A stretch of DNA of 64,000 bases from a candidate division WOR-3 bacterium (GCA_011052815.1 DRIG01000092.1:1916-65915); one strand, 5' to 3'. Positions 27,964 to 39,044 are shown, counted from the stretch's first letter. The notes: generated by a model from the letters alone, not told the origin. Made by a program: numbers and translations.

Positions 27964-29196
27964 ATGGTTAAGGTAGTGAGTTCCCGGATTCGGGGAATCC
28001 CGAAAAATGCATATCTGCTCAGAATAAACAATCATTCGATAGATGACTTTCTGGAGTATCGATTTTATAATGACATAACAAAGACACGCCGCATCCTCTT
28101 TGAATACCGCGGCAAAAAGAAAGAAATCATTATTGCTCCGAGCCGGGAAATAGAGATCGAATTGGAAACACCCCTGTATCGACGCTGCGAAAATAACTGT
28201 GATTTCTGTTTTGTAAACGGCCTTCCTCCGGGATTGAGAAGAGAACTCTATTTTAAAGACGATGACTATCGACTTTCATTTCTCTTTGGAAATTTCTTGA
28301 GTCTGACAAATGTAAGCCGGGATGACATAAAAAGAATCGGCCGATTGAAATTGTCTCCGCTCTATATCTCTGTCCACACCACAAATCCCCGATTACGCAG
28401 CCGGATCTTTCAAAATGAGAAAGCCGCTTTGATAATGGAACAATTACGCTCCCTGGTGGAACAGAACATAAAACTGCACACCCAGATTGTGGTTATGCCC
28501 GGCATAAACGACGGAGCGGTTCTCAACAGAACAATCACCCGATTAAGCGGTCTGTACCCCGGAGTCAATTCGATCGGTGTCGTTCCCGTGGGCAGAACCA
28601 AGTATCAAAAGAAGATAAAATCAATATCAAAGATAGAGGCATGTCGGATCATCGAACAGGTGAACAGTTTCCATAAGAAGTTCAGAAAAAAATACGGAAA
28701 AGGACTTGTATATTGTTCAGACGAGCTGTATTTAAAGGCGAAACGGCGGATACCGGATACTGAATACTACGACGATTTCCCCCAACTTGAAAACGGCATC
28801 GGCATGGTGAGAAAATTTTTAAATGAACTCGAAGATTCAAACGAGAGAATAAGACTGAAAGGAAATATCCTGCTCCTTACCGGCAGATTGGCATATCCGT
28901 TTTTAATCAGACTCAAAAGAAAGCTGGAGGTCTGCAATCTCGCAAAAAACAGACTGGATGTCCTTTCGATAAAAAATTCATTCTTCGGGGATTCAGTAAC
29001 GGTTTCCGGACTCATCAGTGCGGCTGATTTCAACCGGGTGATAAAAAAGATTAGCAGAGGCTATCGCCGCATTATTTTACCGCCGAATTGCATCAATGAA
29101 GCAGGACAGTTCATCGACGACGGAAAGATCGAGGACAAACGGGTGATCATCGCACCCGAGAGTGTCAGGGGGCTGATAAAATGTCTACAGTCGTAA
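27964..29196 (+). CDS. Radical SAM DUF512-type protein
   Basis: CENNCDFC (Cx3Cx2C). Conserved position upstream of der. Confidence 0.55.
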   Translation: MVKVVSSRIRGIPKNAYLLRINNHSIDDFLEYRFYNDITKTRRILFEYRGKKKEIIIAPSREIEIELETPLYRRCENNCDFCFVNGLPPGLRRELYFKDDDYRLSFLFGNFLSLTNVSRDDIKRIGRLKLSPLYISVHTTNPRLRSRIFQNEKAALIMEQLRSLVEQNIKLHTQIVVMPGINDGAVLNRTITRLSGLYPGVNSIGVVPVGRTKYQKKIKSISKIEACRIIEQVNSFHKKFRKKYGKGLVYCSDELYLKAKRRIPDTEYYDDFPQLENGIGMVRKFLNELEDSNERIRLKGNILLLTGRLAYPFLIRLKRKLEVCNLAKNRLDVLSIKNSFFGDSVTVSGLISAADFNRVIKKISRGYRRIILPPNCINEAGQFIDDGKIEDKRVIIAPESVRGLIKCLQS

Positions 29197-30467
29197 TCGT
29201 CGGCAGAAAGAATGTCGGAAAATCAACCATCTTCAACCGCCTCACAGGAATGAGGCTCAGTGTCGTCTATAAGGAACCGGGTGTAACCAGAGATCGGATT
29301 TATGGAGAAGTCTTATGGTGCGGCAGACATTTCAACATCATCGACACGGGCGGGTTTTTCCCGAATGAAGAACAGGAACTCGCCTCTAAGATCAACAAAC
29401 AGATAGAATACGGTCTGCAAGAAGCCGACCTGATATATTTTGTGGTGGACGGAAAGAGCGGCTTGAAGCCGGCTGACGAGGAGATCTGTCAATACCTGCG
29501 CAGGACGAACAAAAAGATCTTCCTGCTCATCAATAAGATCGACAGCAAGAAAGCCCTGGATGCGGCGGTAGAGTTCGCAAAATTCGGTTTTGAAAATGTC
29601 TTCTCCATCTCTGCAGAAGCAGGTATCGGTTTCGGAGAGCTCCTGGATCAAACCGTCAAAGTCCTGCCGCGTGCCAGAGGAGTGCCGAGACATAAAACAA
29701 TAAAATTATTGATTCTGGGACGACCCAATGCAGGCAAATCCACCCTTTTGAATGCGATAACCGGCTCTGAACGGGCGATCATCGACGAACGACCGGGAAC
29801 GACCAGGGATATAGTGAATGCGAAAATAACCTATAAGAACAGAACCCTGGAGATCATCGATACCTGCGGACTGCGCAGACGTTCCCGCATAAAAGGTTCA
29901 ATTGAATTCTACTCGATGATCAGGGCGGTCAATGTTCTGGAGCAGGTGGATGTGGTCGTTCTGATATTCGATACAACCCAGGGAGTGGTGGATCAGGACC
30001 GACGAATCGCATCCCTCGTCCTTTCAAAAGCAAAAGGGTTGATAATCGCACCGAACAAGATCGACCTCATTGAAAAACGCTTCCATCGTAAAATCATTCC
30101 TTCCACCTATCAGTCATTCAAGTCCTTTGAATTCGTTCCGGTCATCCCCATATCAGCCCACAGGAAGATCGGACTGGACCTACTCCTGAACCGGGTTATA
30201 GCCGTTTATGAAGAGGCGAGAAAGACCGTCGCAAAAAAAATACTGCGCATCGTCACCGACAATCTTCAACCGCCGCCCGACGGACAGGTCTATTCCCTCA
30301 AGCAGCTTCAGACAACTCCTCCGATCTTCAAGGTCGTCGTCTCCACTCCTTTAAAAGAAAGTTATATAAAATATGTACGGAATACGATCCGCAACTACTG
30401 CGGATTTCAAGGAACACCTGTCTTAATAAAAACCCAGGTGATAAAGAGAAGAAGAATACCAGTTTGA
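29181..30467 (+). CDS. der: Ribosome-associated GTPase Der/EngA
   Basis: Two G domains (GRKNVGKST and GRPNAGKST). Confidence 0.8.
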   Translation: MSTVVIVGRKNVGKSTIFNRLTGMRLSVVYKEPGVTRDRIYGEVLWCGRHFNIIDTGGFFPNEEQELASKINKQIEYGLQEADLIYFVVDGKSGLKPADEEICQYLRRTNKKIFLLINKIDSKKALDAAVEFAKFGFENVFSISAEAGIGFGELLDQTVKVLPRARGVPRHKTIKLLILGRPNAGKSTLLNAITGSERAIIDERPGTTRDIVNAKITYKNRTLEIIDTCGLRRRSRIKGSIEFYSMIRAVNVLEQVDVVVLIFDTTQGVVDQDRRIASLVLSKAKGLIIAPNKIDLIEKRFHRKIIPSTYQSFKSFEFVPVIPISAHRKIGLDLLLNRVIAVYEEARKTVAKKILRIVTDNLQPPPDGQVYSLKQLQTTPPIFKVVVSTPLKESYIKYVRNTIRNYCGFQGTPVLIKTQVIKRRRIPV

Positions 30468-30468
30468 G

Positions 30469-31068
30469 GTGATTATGTTGATAAAAGATGCAGTCGCACT
30501 CATCATCGGTTTTATTTTCGGAATGATTCCTTTTTCCCACCTCCTGGGCAGGATAAAAGGTGTAGATCTCAAATCATTCGGAAGCGGTAATATCGGAGCG
30601 ACGAATTTAGGCAGGGCTCTGGGAATGCCCTTTTTCATCGCCGGTTTTATACTGGACGGTCTGAAAGGTTTAATACCTGTCCTGCTCGCCCATTCATTCG
30701 CCGCACCAGGGGCATTCGCCGGTGCAGGAGCAATACTCGGGCACATATTCAACCCTTTCTTTTCATTCAAAGGTGGAAAAGGCGTCTCCACGACGATCGG
30801 TGTGACGATCGGGCTCGTCCCGAAATCATTCCTCGTTTCATTCATCATCTGGATTATTCTCTATTTCACGACCTTTATCGTATCGCTCTGTTCCCTCGCC
30901 TTCGCCGTCCTCATCTCTCCTGTAGCTTTTCTTCTTAAAGAAGGAACCATAACCGACCGGATTTTCATCATCATCATCGCCCTGCTTGTCATCTATGCAC
31001 ACCGTTCAAATATAAAAAGGCTGCTGCACAAGGAAGAGCCGAAAACCATATTCTGGAAGAAGAAATGA
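30469..31068 (+). CDS. plsY: Glycerol-3-phosphate acyltransferase PlsY
   Basis: GSGNIGATN motif. Small polytopic protein. Confidence 0.75.
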   Translation: MIMLIKDAVALIIGFIFGMIPFSHLLGRIKGVDLKSFGSGNIGATNLGRALGMPFFIAGFILDGLKGLIPVLLAHSFAAPGAFAGAGAILGHIFNPFFSFKGGKGVSTTIGVTIGLVPKSFLVSFIIWIILYFTTFIVSLCSLAFAVLISPVAFLLKEGTITDRIFIIIIALLVIYAHRSNIKRLLHKEEPKTIFWKKK

Positions 31069-32054
31069 ATATCAGTATCTTGGGATGCGGAAATTGGGGG
31101 TCGGTGTTCGGAATCATGCAGTATAAGAACGGCCATTCAATAAAGATATGGGAATTCGACAAGCAACGTGCCGAGTATATAAACAGAACAAGGACCAATG
31201 AACCGTTTCTTGTAGGCCATAAGATACCCGAGGAGATCGAAATCACCTGGAATATTGAAAGTGTCATCAGGAATTGTGATCTTCTGGTATTTGCAGTCCC
31301 TTCGCAGGTATTACCTGAAGTGGTGGAGCAGGTGAAAAGAATAGAGGGAAAGAATGAATGCTATCTCAGTCTGACCAAGGGTATAAATATCGAACTCTTG
31401 AAGAGACCGTCAGAACTCATTAATGAACTGGCGGCGCCCGACAAAAGAACCTGGGTCCTCTCAGGTCCGTGTATTGCAAATGAACTGATCAGGGGTGAAC
31501 CGACGGCGGTCGTACTCGTGGGACCGGACCGTAAAGTCACACAGGAGTTGCAGATTCGGCTCACCACTGAAAATCTTCGTATCTATCTGAGTGACGACAT
31601 CATCGGCGTGGAACTCGGTGCCGCGGTAAAGAATGTGATTGCTTTAGCATGCGGTATCAGCGACGGCCTGGGTTATGGAAACAATGCAAAAGGTGCGCTC
31701 ATAACAAGGGGCATCGTGGAACTCCAGCGGCTCGGTGTCAGGATGGGCGCAAAACCGACAACCTTCTGGGGACTTTCAGGACTCGGAGATTTAGTCACCA
31801 CGTCATTCAGTGAAGAATCGAGAAATCACAGATTCGGTGTGAAGATCGCCGGTGGTAAGACCGTCGAAGAGATAAAAAAAGAGATTGTAATGGTCGCCGA
31901 AGGGGTACCGACCTGTCAGGCGGTAAAGAAATTAATGCAAAAGTTCAAAACAGAGATGCCGATATGCAATGCCGTTTATAAAATAATCTTTGAGAACATA
32001 CCGCCGGAGCAGGCATTGAAAGAATTGATGACGAGGCCGTTGAAGGATGAATGA
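31065..32054 (+). CDS. gpsA: NAD(P)H-dependent glycerol-3-phosphate dehydrogenase
   Basis: ILGCGNWG Rossmann. GpsA-like length and neighbourhood. Confidence 0.75.
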   Translation: MNISILGCGNWGSVFGIMQYKNGHSIKIWEFDKQRAEYINRTRTNEPFLVGHKIPEEIEITWNIESVIRNCDLLVFAVPSQVLPEVVEQVKRIEGKNECYLSLTKGINIELLKRPSELINELAAPDKRTWVLSGPCIANELIRGEPTAVVLVGPDRKVTQELQIRLTTENLRIYLSDDIIGVELGAAVKNVIALACGISDGLGYGNNAKGALITRGIVELQRLGVRMGAKPTTFWGLSGLGDLVTTSFSEESRNHRFGVKIAGGKTVEEIKKEIVMVAEGVPTCQAVKKLMQKFKTEMPICNAVYKIIFENIPPEQALKELMTRPLKDE

Positions 32055-32087
32055 TCTTCGGCCGTCGGTAAAAAACGGGAGGATATT

Positions 32088-32423
32088 ATGATAGAAAAAG
32101 AATTTTTCTCCATAAAAGAAGTGGCTGATATGCTGGAATTAAAGCCGTATATATTGAGGTACTGGGAAAAGGAGTTCGCCGTACTGAAACCCCGCAGAAA
32201 TCGAGTGGGCAGACGATATTATTCAAAGAAGGATATCGACACCATACGGTTGATCAAAAACATTCTGTATAATCAGGGATACACGATCGCCGGCGCCAAG
32301 AAAAAACTTGTTACATTAAGTGAAGAGCCTGAACAACTCTCTCTGCCTTTAAGAAATACGACCAAAATCCTGAGGGAGATCAGGGAGGAATTAAAGAGTA
32401 TCAGTGAAAAACTGAAGGAGTAA
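32088..32423 (+). CDS. MerR-family transcriptional regulator
   Basis: FSIKEVADMLELKPYILRYWEKEF helix-turn-helix. Confidence 0.55.
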   Translation: MIEKEFFSIKEVADMLELKPYILRYWEKEFAVLKPRRNRVGRRYYSKKDIDTIRLIKNILYNQGYTIAGAKKKLVTLSEEPEQLSLPLRNTTKILREIREELKSISEKLKE

Positions 32424-32426
32424 AGA

Positions 32427-34502
32427 TCACTCTCCGCCGATCGCGGTGAGTTTCGCCGTCGCCTGATTCTTCAAGGCGAGCGATTCGGCGATCAAATTGG
32501 CACGAAGATATTCTTCCCGTGCACTCTTTGTATCACCGATCGCCAAAGAGGCGTCACCGGCGAAGATCAATGCCTGTGCCGCATCATCCCGCCGCTGTTT
32601 GAAATGTTCACATGCAAGAAGATAATTTTCACGGGCGTTCAAATAATTCTCAATCTCAAAATAGATATGTCCCATCTCCAGATATATCTCAGGCCTTTCA
32701 CCCACTTTCTGGAGCAGTTCATTCAATAATTCGATGGCTGCCTTGTAACTCCCTTTGGTTCTATAGACCCTGGTCTTTAAAAAATAGGCATCCATAGTAA
32801 AAACCGAAGAAGGAAATTCTGAAATCAATCTATCCAGCATCGTCTCGGCTTCTTTAAACTGCCCCAGGACATCATATATTCTGGCGATCTCGAGGAGCGC
32901 CTTCTCTTTGTACTTTTCATCGTTCAAAAGAGTATTATAATAATAAAGAGAAGAATCATATTTCATCTCTTCGGAATACAGAATCGCAAGTTCATTGGCG
33001 GCGTATGAGTAATATTCCGCCGCCTTCTTGTTACGAAGCAACTCCTGGAAGACCTCTTTGAGCGCCCTCTTCTTGCCGAAGATCTGATAGATCCGGGCTT
33101 TCTCAATCAGGGCTTCTATGGTGACATCAGAATTAGGATACTTCTCGATAATCTTATTCAATTCGGAAAGACTTTGATAATACTCTTTCCGGTTGAAGAG
33201 TATCTTTGCAATCCTCATTCTGGTCTTCACCGCCAGTCTTGAATCCGGATTCTCCTCGACGAATCTTCTCAAAGCCTCTATCAAAGAGGGAAATTTCTTC
33301 AGACGGTATAAAGTTTCATAGATTTTCAATCTCGTCTCTTCTTTGATACCCGGACTCGGGTTGTACTCATCAACCCGTCGGAATGCGGCGAGCGCCTTTT
33401 TGTATTGCTTGATATTGAAATACGCCGAACCGATGCCTTTCTGTGCCGCAGCCGCATAGATTGAGTTGGGGTGTAAGTCCACAAGTTCGGTCCAGAAATC
33501 AATCGCATAATCGTACTCCTCCCTTTTGTAATTTATCGAAGCGAGGATAAAGACCGTCCTGTCGGCGTAGATTGAATGCGGAAAAAGCTCCCGATGGCGC
33601 AGCAGACTCTCTTCAGCCCTTCCCCATAGCCCCAAAAAATAATCGGTTCTTCCTTTATAAAAAAGATACTCATCAACCGAATCGGGTAAGCCTTTGAAAT
33701 AGACAGATGCGGAGTCATAACGCGCCTCTTCACTGAAAGACCTCCCCAGTAAAAAACAGATCCGGGGGTCCTCTTCAATATCCAAATATCTTTTTAAATA
33801 AAAACGTGCCTTTGTCCTGTCCTTTAAAGTCAACGAGACCTCTGCTGCACGGAACAGACCGGACATCAACAAGATCCTGTCGTCGGTACTGGTGATTATT
33901 GAATCGAGCAGTTCACGACTCTTCTTATATTCTTTTAAACCGGCGAGGGCGAATGCCCTGCCGACCTCTTTAAATCCCTGGAAATACTTCATATCCTCGT
34001 ACAACTTCAGGGCGTCACGGTAAGCACCTTCTCTGTATTTTTCGCGGGCGGCTGCCAATCGATTATAATCACCCATATAATCAACCAGTATCTTTTTATT
34101 GGATGAATCAGGGAGTAAATCGAAATATCCCATCGCCTCTGCCACGTTATTCTCTTTCAGTTTTATCAAACCCAGATAATAATCGCACTGCCATATCCGC
34201 ATCCCTTTTTTACAAGCCTGGGTGAAACAGAATTCCGCTTTGTCATAGCGATGAAGCTGGTAGTATGCGATACCGAGATAATAAAAGACTTCGCCGGTCT
34301 TGTCCGGTGTCGCTTCGAACAACTCCACACTCTCTTCTAATCTACCCTGAAGCAAAGCACAGACCGCGGCACCGTAATTATTTTCGAACGAGGGAGCAGT
34401 GGTCTTCATCACCCTGTAGTATCGATACGCCTCATCATAATTCCGGCCGGCGAAATATGCATCGCCCGGAAGAAAGACAAAAAGAAGAAGAATACTACTC
34501 AA
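32427..34502 (-). CDS. TPR-repeat protein (691 aa)
   Basis: Repeated A/Y/L-rich 34-mers. Confidence 0.5.
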   Translation of the reverse strand: MSSILLLFVFLPGDAYFAGRNYDEAYRYYRVMKTTAPSFENNYGAAVCALLQGRLEESVELFEATPDKTGEVFYYLGIAYYQLHRYDKAEFCFTQACKKGMRIWQCDYYLGLIKLKENNVAEAMGYFDLLPDSSNKKILVDYMGDYNRLAAAREKYREGAYRDALKLYEDMKYFQGFKEVGRAFALAGLKEYKKSRELLDSIITSTDDRILLMSGLFRAAEVSLTLKDRTKARFYLKRYLDIEEDPRICFLLGRSFSEEARYDSASVYFKGLPDSVDEYLFYKGRTDYFLGLWGRAEESLLRHRELFPHSIYADRTVFILASINYKREEYDYAIDFWTELVDLHPNSIYAAAAQKGIGSAYFNIKQYKKALAAFRRVDEYNPSPGIKEETRLKIYETLYRLKKFPSLIEALRRFVEENPDSRLAVKTRMRIAKILFNRKEYYQSLSELNKIIEKYPNSDVTIEALIEKARIYQIFGKKRALKEVFQELLRNKKAAEYYSYAANELAILYSEEMKYDSSLYYYNTLLNDEKYKEKALLEIARIYDVLGQFKEAETMLDRLISEFPSSVFTMDAYFLKTRVYRTKGSYKAAIELLNELLQKVGERPEIYLEMGHIYFEIENYLNARENYLLACEHFKQRRDDAAQALIFAGDASLAIGDTKSAREEYLRANLIAESLALKNQATAKLTAIGGE

Positions 34503-34923
34503 GAGGAACCTCCGAGGTATAGATCTTTATCAACCTCTTCGTCTCTATATCATATACAAATTGTATCTGATAACCCGCGTATATCGGATGATTCACCACC
34601 CTCGCAAAATATCTCAATATCAAGCATCTCTTTTCTTCATCAAGCGCAGCGAATTTGAAATTGAATTCCATCTTCTGCGGTACGAAAAAATATTTTCGGG
34701 CGATCAAAGACAGAATTTCTTCTTTCTTTTCAATCTCTCCACGGAAACGGGAAACAAGCTCGATATACACACCGCCGTCTCTCAAAAACTTCGTCGTTCC
34801 CCGATAAGTTCCTTTTGCGACAAGACTGAAATCGCCCTCAACAATTCTTTCCAGGCTGCTCTTTTTTGCACAACCGCATATAATAAAAAAGATAATAATT
34901 GCAATCCGTTTTATGTTGGCCAT
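34495..34923 (-). CDS. Hypothetical lipoprotein (142 aa)
   Basis: Signal peptide ending IICGCAK. Confidence 0.4.
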   Translation of the reverse strand: MANIKRIAIIIFFIICGCAKKSSLERIVEGDFSLVAKGTYRGTTKFLRDGGVYIELVSRFRGEIEKKEEILSLIARKYFFVPQKMEFNFKFAALDEEKRCLILRYFARVVNHPIYAGYQIQFVYDIETKRLIKIYTSEVPLE

Positions 34924-35801
34924 TATTCCGCTCTCGGATGTTTCTTTTTATAAAGCTCTTTCAAATGTTTGGTCGTAAGATGTGTATATATCTGGACAGT
35001 GGAAAGGGAAGAATGGCCCAGCAACTCCTGCACCGCCCTCAGGTCGGCTCCGTTTTCAAGAAGGTGGGTCGCAAAACTGTGTCGTAATATATGTGGATTG
35101 GTGCCGGCGGCACGGGCGACCCTGATCAGGTATTTACGGACGATACGTTGCAGTGACCGGGTAGTCAAACGTCCTCCCCGATAGTTTAAAAACAATGCCT
35201 GAGTATCGGTCTGAGTATTTTTCGCCGTTTTTCTGATCTTGAGATAATCAAGAATCGCATGTTTCGCCGCCCTCCCCAGCGGAACGATCCTCTGCTTTCC
35301 TCCTTTACCCTTGACTTTAATTTCATCACGGGCAAAATCTATATCATAAATATTCAAATTTACGAGCTCACCGGCACGCAGACCACAACTGTACAGCACC
35401 TCCATTATCGCGCGGTCTCTCGGCCTGGTGATCTGCATCGCCTTCTCAATCTGTTCGTATGTCAAAAAACCGGGAAGATGCTTCTTTATCTTGGGGGTCC
35501 TGATCATCGCCGCAGGATTATCTTCAACAACCCCCATCTTTTTCAGCACCTTGAAGAATGATTTTAAAGTTGAGAGCTTGCGCGCGACCGTGCGGGTGTC
35601 GACGCCGTACTTCAAAAGAAAACCGACAAAGAGTGTGATGACATTCTGGTCAACCTCTGGTATCTTTTTCACCCGGAGGAAATCGAAAAACTGTTCAAGG
35701 TCGGTTCGATACGCACGCAGTGTATGGAAAGAATAGTTCTTCTCTTTCTGAAGATACAGGATGAAATCATTGACCTTATCAAACAGTTTTTCTCGTTCCA
35801 T
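34923..35801 (-). CDS. Tyrosine site-specific recombinase, XerC/XerD-like
   Basis: HILRHSFATHLLENGADLRAVQELLGHSSLSTVQIYTHL catalytic region. Host-like GC. Confidence 0.7.
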   Translation of the reverse strand: MEREKLFDKVNDFILYLQKEKNYSFHTLRAYRTDLEQFFDFLRVKKIPEVDQNVITLFVGFLLKYGVDTRTVARKLSTLKSFFKVLKKMGVVEDNPAAMIRTPKIKKHLPGFLTYEQIEKAMQITRPRDRAIMEVLYSCGLRAGELVNLNIYDIDFARDEIKVKGKGGKQRIVPLGRAAKHAILDYLKIRKTAKNTQTDTQALFLNYRGGRLTTRSLQRIVRKYLIRVARAAGTNPHILRHSFATHLLENGADLRAVQELLGHSSLSTVQIYTHLTTKHLKELYKKKHPRAE

Positions 35802-35926
35802 TATTTTATTCTATTAGAATTCACCCCTTTGTCAATGCTGTGATTGAATATTTCAGCTGAAGTCGGCCCTTCACTATATTGACTTATCTTCAGGATTTCA
35901 TATAATTCTATATTAAGGAGGAATAA

Positions 35927-38503
35927 ATGAGACAGATCATTACAGCAATTCTTGTTTTTTCTTCGTTATTATTCAGCGGGATCGTCGGTGTTAAAAAATT
36001 AGAACTGCTCGATCCCTATGGCAGAGAATTAACCACATATCAGACCTGGTGTAAAGACCATATTACTGAACATCAACCGACAACAATCGGTAATGTTTTA
36101 AAGGTTAATAAAGAAAGGCAGAATGTCGTGGACCTCGTGGTCAATTCCAAAATCTATCCTGAAATCACCTCTGAGATAAACACCTTTGTTCAGGATTTGA
36201 CAGATGCAGGTTATTCGGTTCAGGTCGACACCATATCCGGAATGTCCCATACTGCACTGCGGACACATCTCAGCACCATAACCGACCTCGTCGGTGCGAT
36301 ATTTATCGGCGAGGTGCCGGTGGCGTGGTTCGAAACAAACGGTTTCGGAGGCTGGGAAGAATTCCCGCATGACCTCTATTTCTGTGACCTGAACGGTACC
36401 TATATCGATGCGGACGGCGATGGGATCTATGACGATCATACCGGCAGTGTGGCGCCGGAGATCTGGGTGGGACGGATCTATGCACGTGACCTCACCTGGG
36501 GCAATGAAGTGGAACTGCTGAAAAGATATTTCAGAAAGAATCACCTATATCGTGTCGACAGCCTGTCTGTGCCGCAGAGAGGGCTCACCTTTATCGACGA
36601 CGATTGGTCAAGCTGGACGACCTGTGGTCTTGACTACATCTACTCGAATGTTGTGGTAATAAACGACGGTTATCAAACCGTCGCCTCAAACTATCGTAAT
36701 GAACTACTCCAGGGATATGAATGGATTCAACTCTGCGCCCACTCATCGCCCTGGGGCAGCACCTTTAAATACGGTTACAGCGGTTATCGCGGCACAGTAT
36801 TCAATTATGAAATATTCACCCTGGAACCCCATGCCCTCTTCTATAATCTCTTTGCCTGTTCAGGCACCCGCTTTGTCGAAGAGAACCATTCTGCCGGCTG
36901 GTATATCTTCGTAGATCCTTACGGATTACTGGCAGTGGGCAGTACTAAAACCGGCAGTATGCTCTATTTTGAAGACTTCTATTATCCGATCGGGCAGCAG
37001 AATATGAGCATCGGCGACGGATTCAAGACATGGTTCACCCAATGGGGTGAAATGGACTGGGATTGGTTTTACGGTATGAACATCCTCGGTGACCCGACCC
37101 TCAAACCCAAAGGTCAGACAAAAAATATCTTTCAGGAGAAGATCTGCACACCTGCAAAACCTTCGGAAGATTGGCAGACTCCAGAGACCGTTGCTCCGGA
37201 CCCTGAATCAGACGGCTTTCCCCAGATCAGTATCAATAACGACGGCAGGATCTGGGTGGTCTGGCAGACAGGCAGAACATATGAGAACGGCCGCTCAGAC
37301 ATATACGGCGCATATAATTATGGAGGGAACTGGTCCAGTGGAATGAACATCGGTTCATATGTCTACTGGGATTATTGTCCGGCAATCGGCTTTGACAACC
37401 AGCATCGGCCGGTCACGGTATGGGCGGGCTATAATGAAGGACAGTATGATTTGTATTATAGTTACTACAGCGGTTCGTGGTCCACCCGCCAACTTCTCCA
37501 TTCAAGTGACCCTGCTTATGACATCAACCCGATGATGATCAAGGACAACAGCGGACGGTTGTGGGCTGTCTGGGAATCACGCCGTAATCTTAACTGTGAT
37601 ATCTATGGTGCATATTTCAACGGCAGCACCTGGACGACTCCCCAGCAGATAACGAACTTCGCCGAAGATGAAAAAACGCCGGTGCTCGCAATCGACAGCC
37701 TTGATCGGTTGTGGGTGTTCTACAACCGCAGATATGCCGATAAGAGTGAAATCTGGGGAAGTTATTACAATGGCTCGCAATGGCTCAGCAGCGGGCCGGT
37801 CTCAGGCTCCCAGGAGTATGCCTATCATCCGACGTGTGCAGTCAGTGGCAATGGAGAAATCTGGGTTGCCTGGCACTCCTTTGACAACGGTGATGCAGAC
37901 ATCTATGCAAGCCGTTTCAATGGAAGCACCTGGTCTTCACCGGTTCAGGTCACCACTGCATCGGAAAGCGACCTCTTCCCTTCACTGGCGACGCATATCA
38001 GCGGTACGGTCTGTCTTGCATATCAGTCAAAGAGCGGCGGCGACTGGAATATCTATTTTGCATATTGTACTGATTCAACCTGGAGCACACCCTCTCCTGT
38101 TGCTGAAATCAGCGGAGCAGACATCAATCCTCAAATTGCATGTGACTCCTCGGGTGGATTGTGGGTATGCTGGCAGAGTTATTCCAGCGGCAACTGGGAA
38201 ATTCTGGTGAGTCACCAACCCGATTTCAGCGCCGCGGAACAGAAAGAAAACCGGCTTTCAGAAAACAGACTCTCTGTATTCCCTTCGGTCTTCACTCAAA
38301 ATGTGCGGATAAAAACATCAGAACCTTATAGAGATGTCAAAATATTCGATGCAAAGGGTTCATTAATAGCGACCCTGAATTCCGGAACAACAAAACAGAC
38401 CTCCTGGGCACCGAATGGCTTGCCCGAAGGGACCTACTTCATCACCCTGTCCGGGGAATCAGGGACGATCACTGAAAAAGTACTCTTTCTCCACCGACGA
38501 TAA
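35927..38503 (+). CDS. Secreted T9SS cargo protein: C25 (gingipain)-like peptidase domain plus BNR/Asp-box-like repeats plus C-terminal sorting domain
   Basis: Signal peptide. Candidate His/Cys (LCAHSSPWG, LFACSG). Repeated S-x-D-x-G-x-(T/I)-W. C-terminal LSVFPSVFTQN...GTYFITL. Confidence 0.45.
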   Translation: MRQIITAILVFSSLLFSGIVGVKKLELLDPYGRELTTYQTWCKDHITEHQPTTIGNVLKVNKERQNVVDLVVNSKIYPEITSEINTFVQDLTDAGYSVQVDTISGMSHTALRTHLSTITDLVGAIFIGEVPVAWFETNGFGGWEEFPHDLYFCDLNGTYIDADGDGIYDDHTGSVAPEIWVGRIYARDLTWGNEVELLKRYFRKNHLYRVDSLSVPQRGLTFIDDDWSSWTTCGLDYIYSNVVVINDGYQTVASNYRNELLQGYEWIQLCAHSSPWGSTFKYGYSGYRGTVFNYEIFTLEPHALFYNLFACSGTRFVEENHSAGWYIFVDPYGLLAVGSTKTGSMLYFEDFYYPIGQQNMSIGDGFKTWFTQWGEMDWDWFYGMNILGDPTLKPKGQTKNIFQEKICTPAKPSEDWQTPETVAPDPESDGFPQISINNDGRIWVVWQTGRTYENGRSDIYGAYNYGGNWSSGMNIGSYVYWDYCPAIGFDNQHRPVTVWAGYNEGQYDLYYSYYSGSWSTRQLLHSSDPAYDINPMMIKDNSGRLWAVWESRRNLNCDIYGAYFNGSTWTTPQQITNFAEDEKTPVLAIDSLDRLWVFYNRRYADKSEIWGSYYNGSQWLSSGPVSGSQEYAYHPTCAVSGNGEIWVAWHSFDNGDADIYASRFNGSTWSSPVQVTTASESDLFPSLATHISGTVCLAYQSKSGGDWNIYFAYCTDSTWSTPSPVAEISGADINPQIACDSSGGLWVCWQSYSSGNWEILVSHQPDFSAAEQKENRLSENRLSVFPSVFTQNVRIKTSEPYRDVKIFDAKGSLIATLNSGTTKQTSWAPNGLPEGTYFITLSGESGTITEKVLFLHRR

Positions 38504-38523
38504 AGATATCGAAGTCACAAAAG

Positions 38524-38553
38524 AAAAAAGGGGGATGATGATTCCCCCTTTTT
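38524..38553. terminator. Bidirectional intrinsic terminator (AAAAAAGGGGG-loop-CCCCCTTTTTT)
   Basis: Lies between convergent genes (858-aa gene on + and HU on -). Confidence 0.6.
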
Positions 38554-38574
38554 CGTTTATGCATCAATAAGGAA

Positions 38575-38859
38575 TTATCTCACTGCTTTTTTCAATTCAC
38601 GTCCTGGTTTGAACTTCGGTGCCTTTCTCGCCGGCACGTTGATCTTCTCACCGGTACGCGGATTGCGTGCAGTTCTCGCCTTCCTCTTTGCGACTGAGAA
38701 AGTTCCAAATCCAACGAGTGCTACTCTGTCACCCTTCTTGAGTGCCTGGGTAACCGAGCTGACAAATGTATTAAGCGCAATGTTTGCCGCCTTCTTAGAA
38801 ATCTTTGCCTTAGCCGCAATCTTCTCGATAAGTTCTGCCTTAGTCATATCGTTATTCAC
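38575..38859 (-). CDS. hup: HU-family DNA-binding protein
   Basis: MTKAELIEKIA...GFGTFSV...NPRTGE signature. Confidence 0.8.
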   Translation of the reverse strand: MNNDMTKAELIEKIAAKAKISKKAANIALNTFVSSVTQALKKGDRVALVGFGTFSVAKRKARTARNPRTGEKINVPARKAPKFKPGRELKKAVR

Positions 38860-39044
38860 CTCCTTTCATAACACTACTTAATTATAATGATAATTGAAAG
38901 TTTGTCAAGCCCTAAATTAAGTATTTACAATGGTTTGCGGAAATGCATCTCGGGAAACTTAAGTCATATACCGTTTTGCAAAAATCCATACTACACTTTG
39001 CAGCCCATGACTTGACACATAAAAATAGATGGTTATAATTATCC

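Noticed and set aside
34923-35801. Xer-like tyrosine recombinase as the integrase of the defence island
   Set aside because: It lies 18 kb from the island edge, has host-like GC, has the size and C-terminus of a housekeeping XerC/D, and is not adjacent to any repeat.
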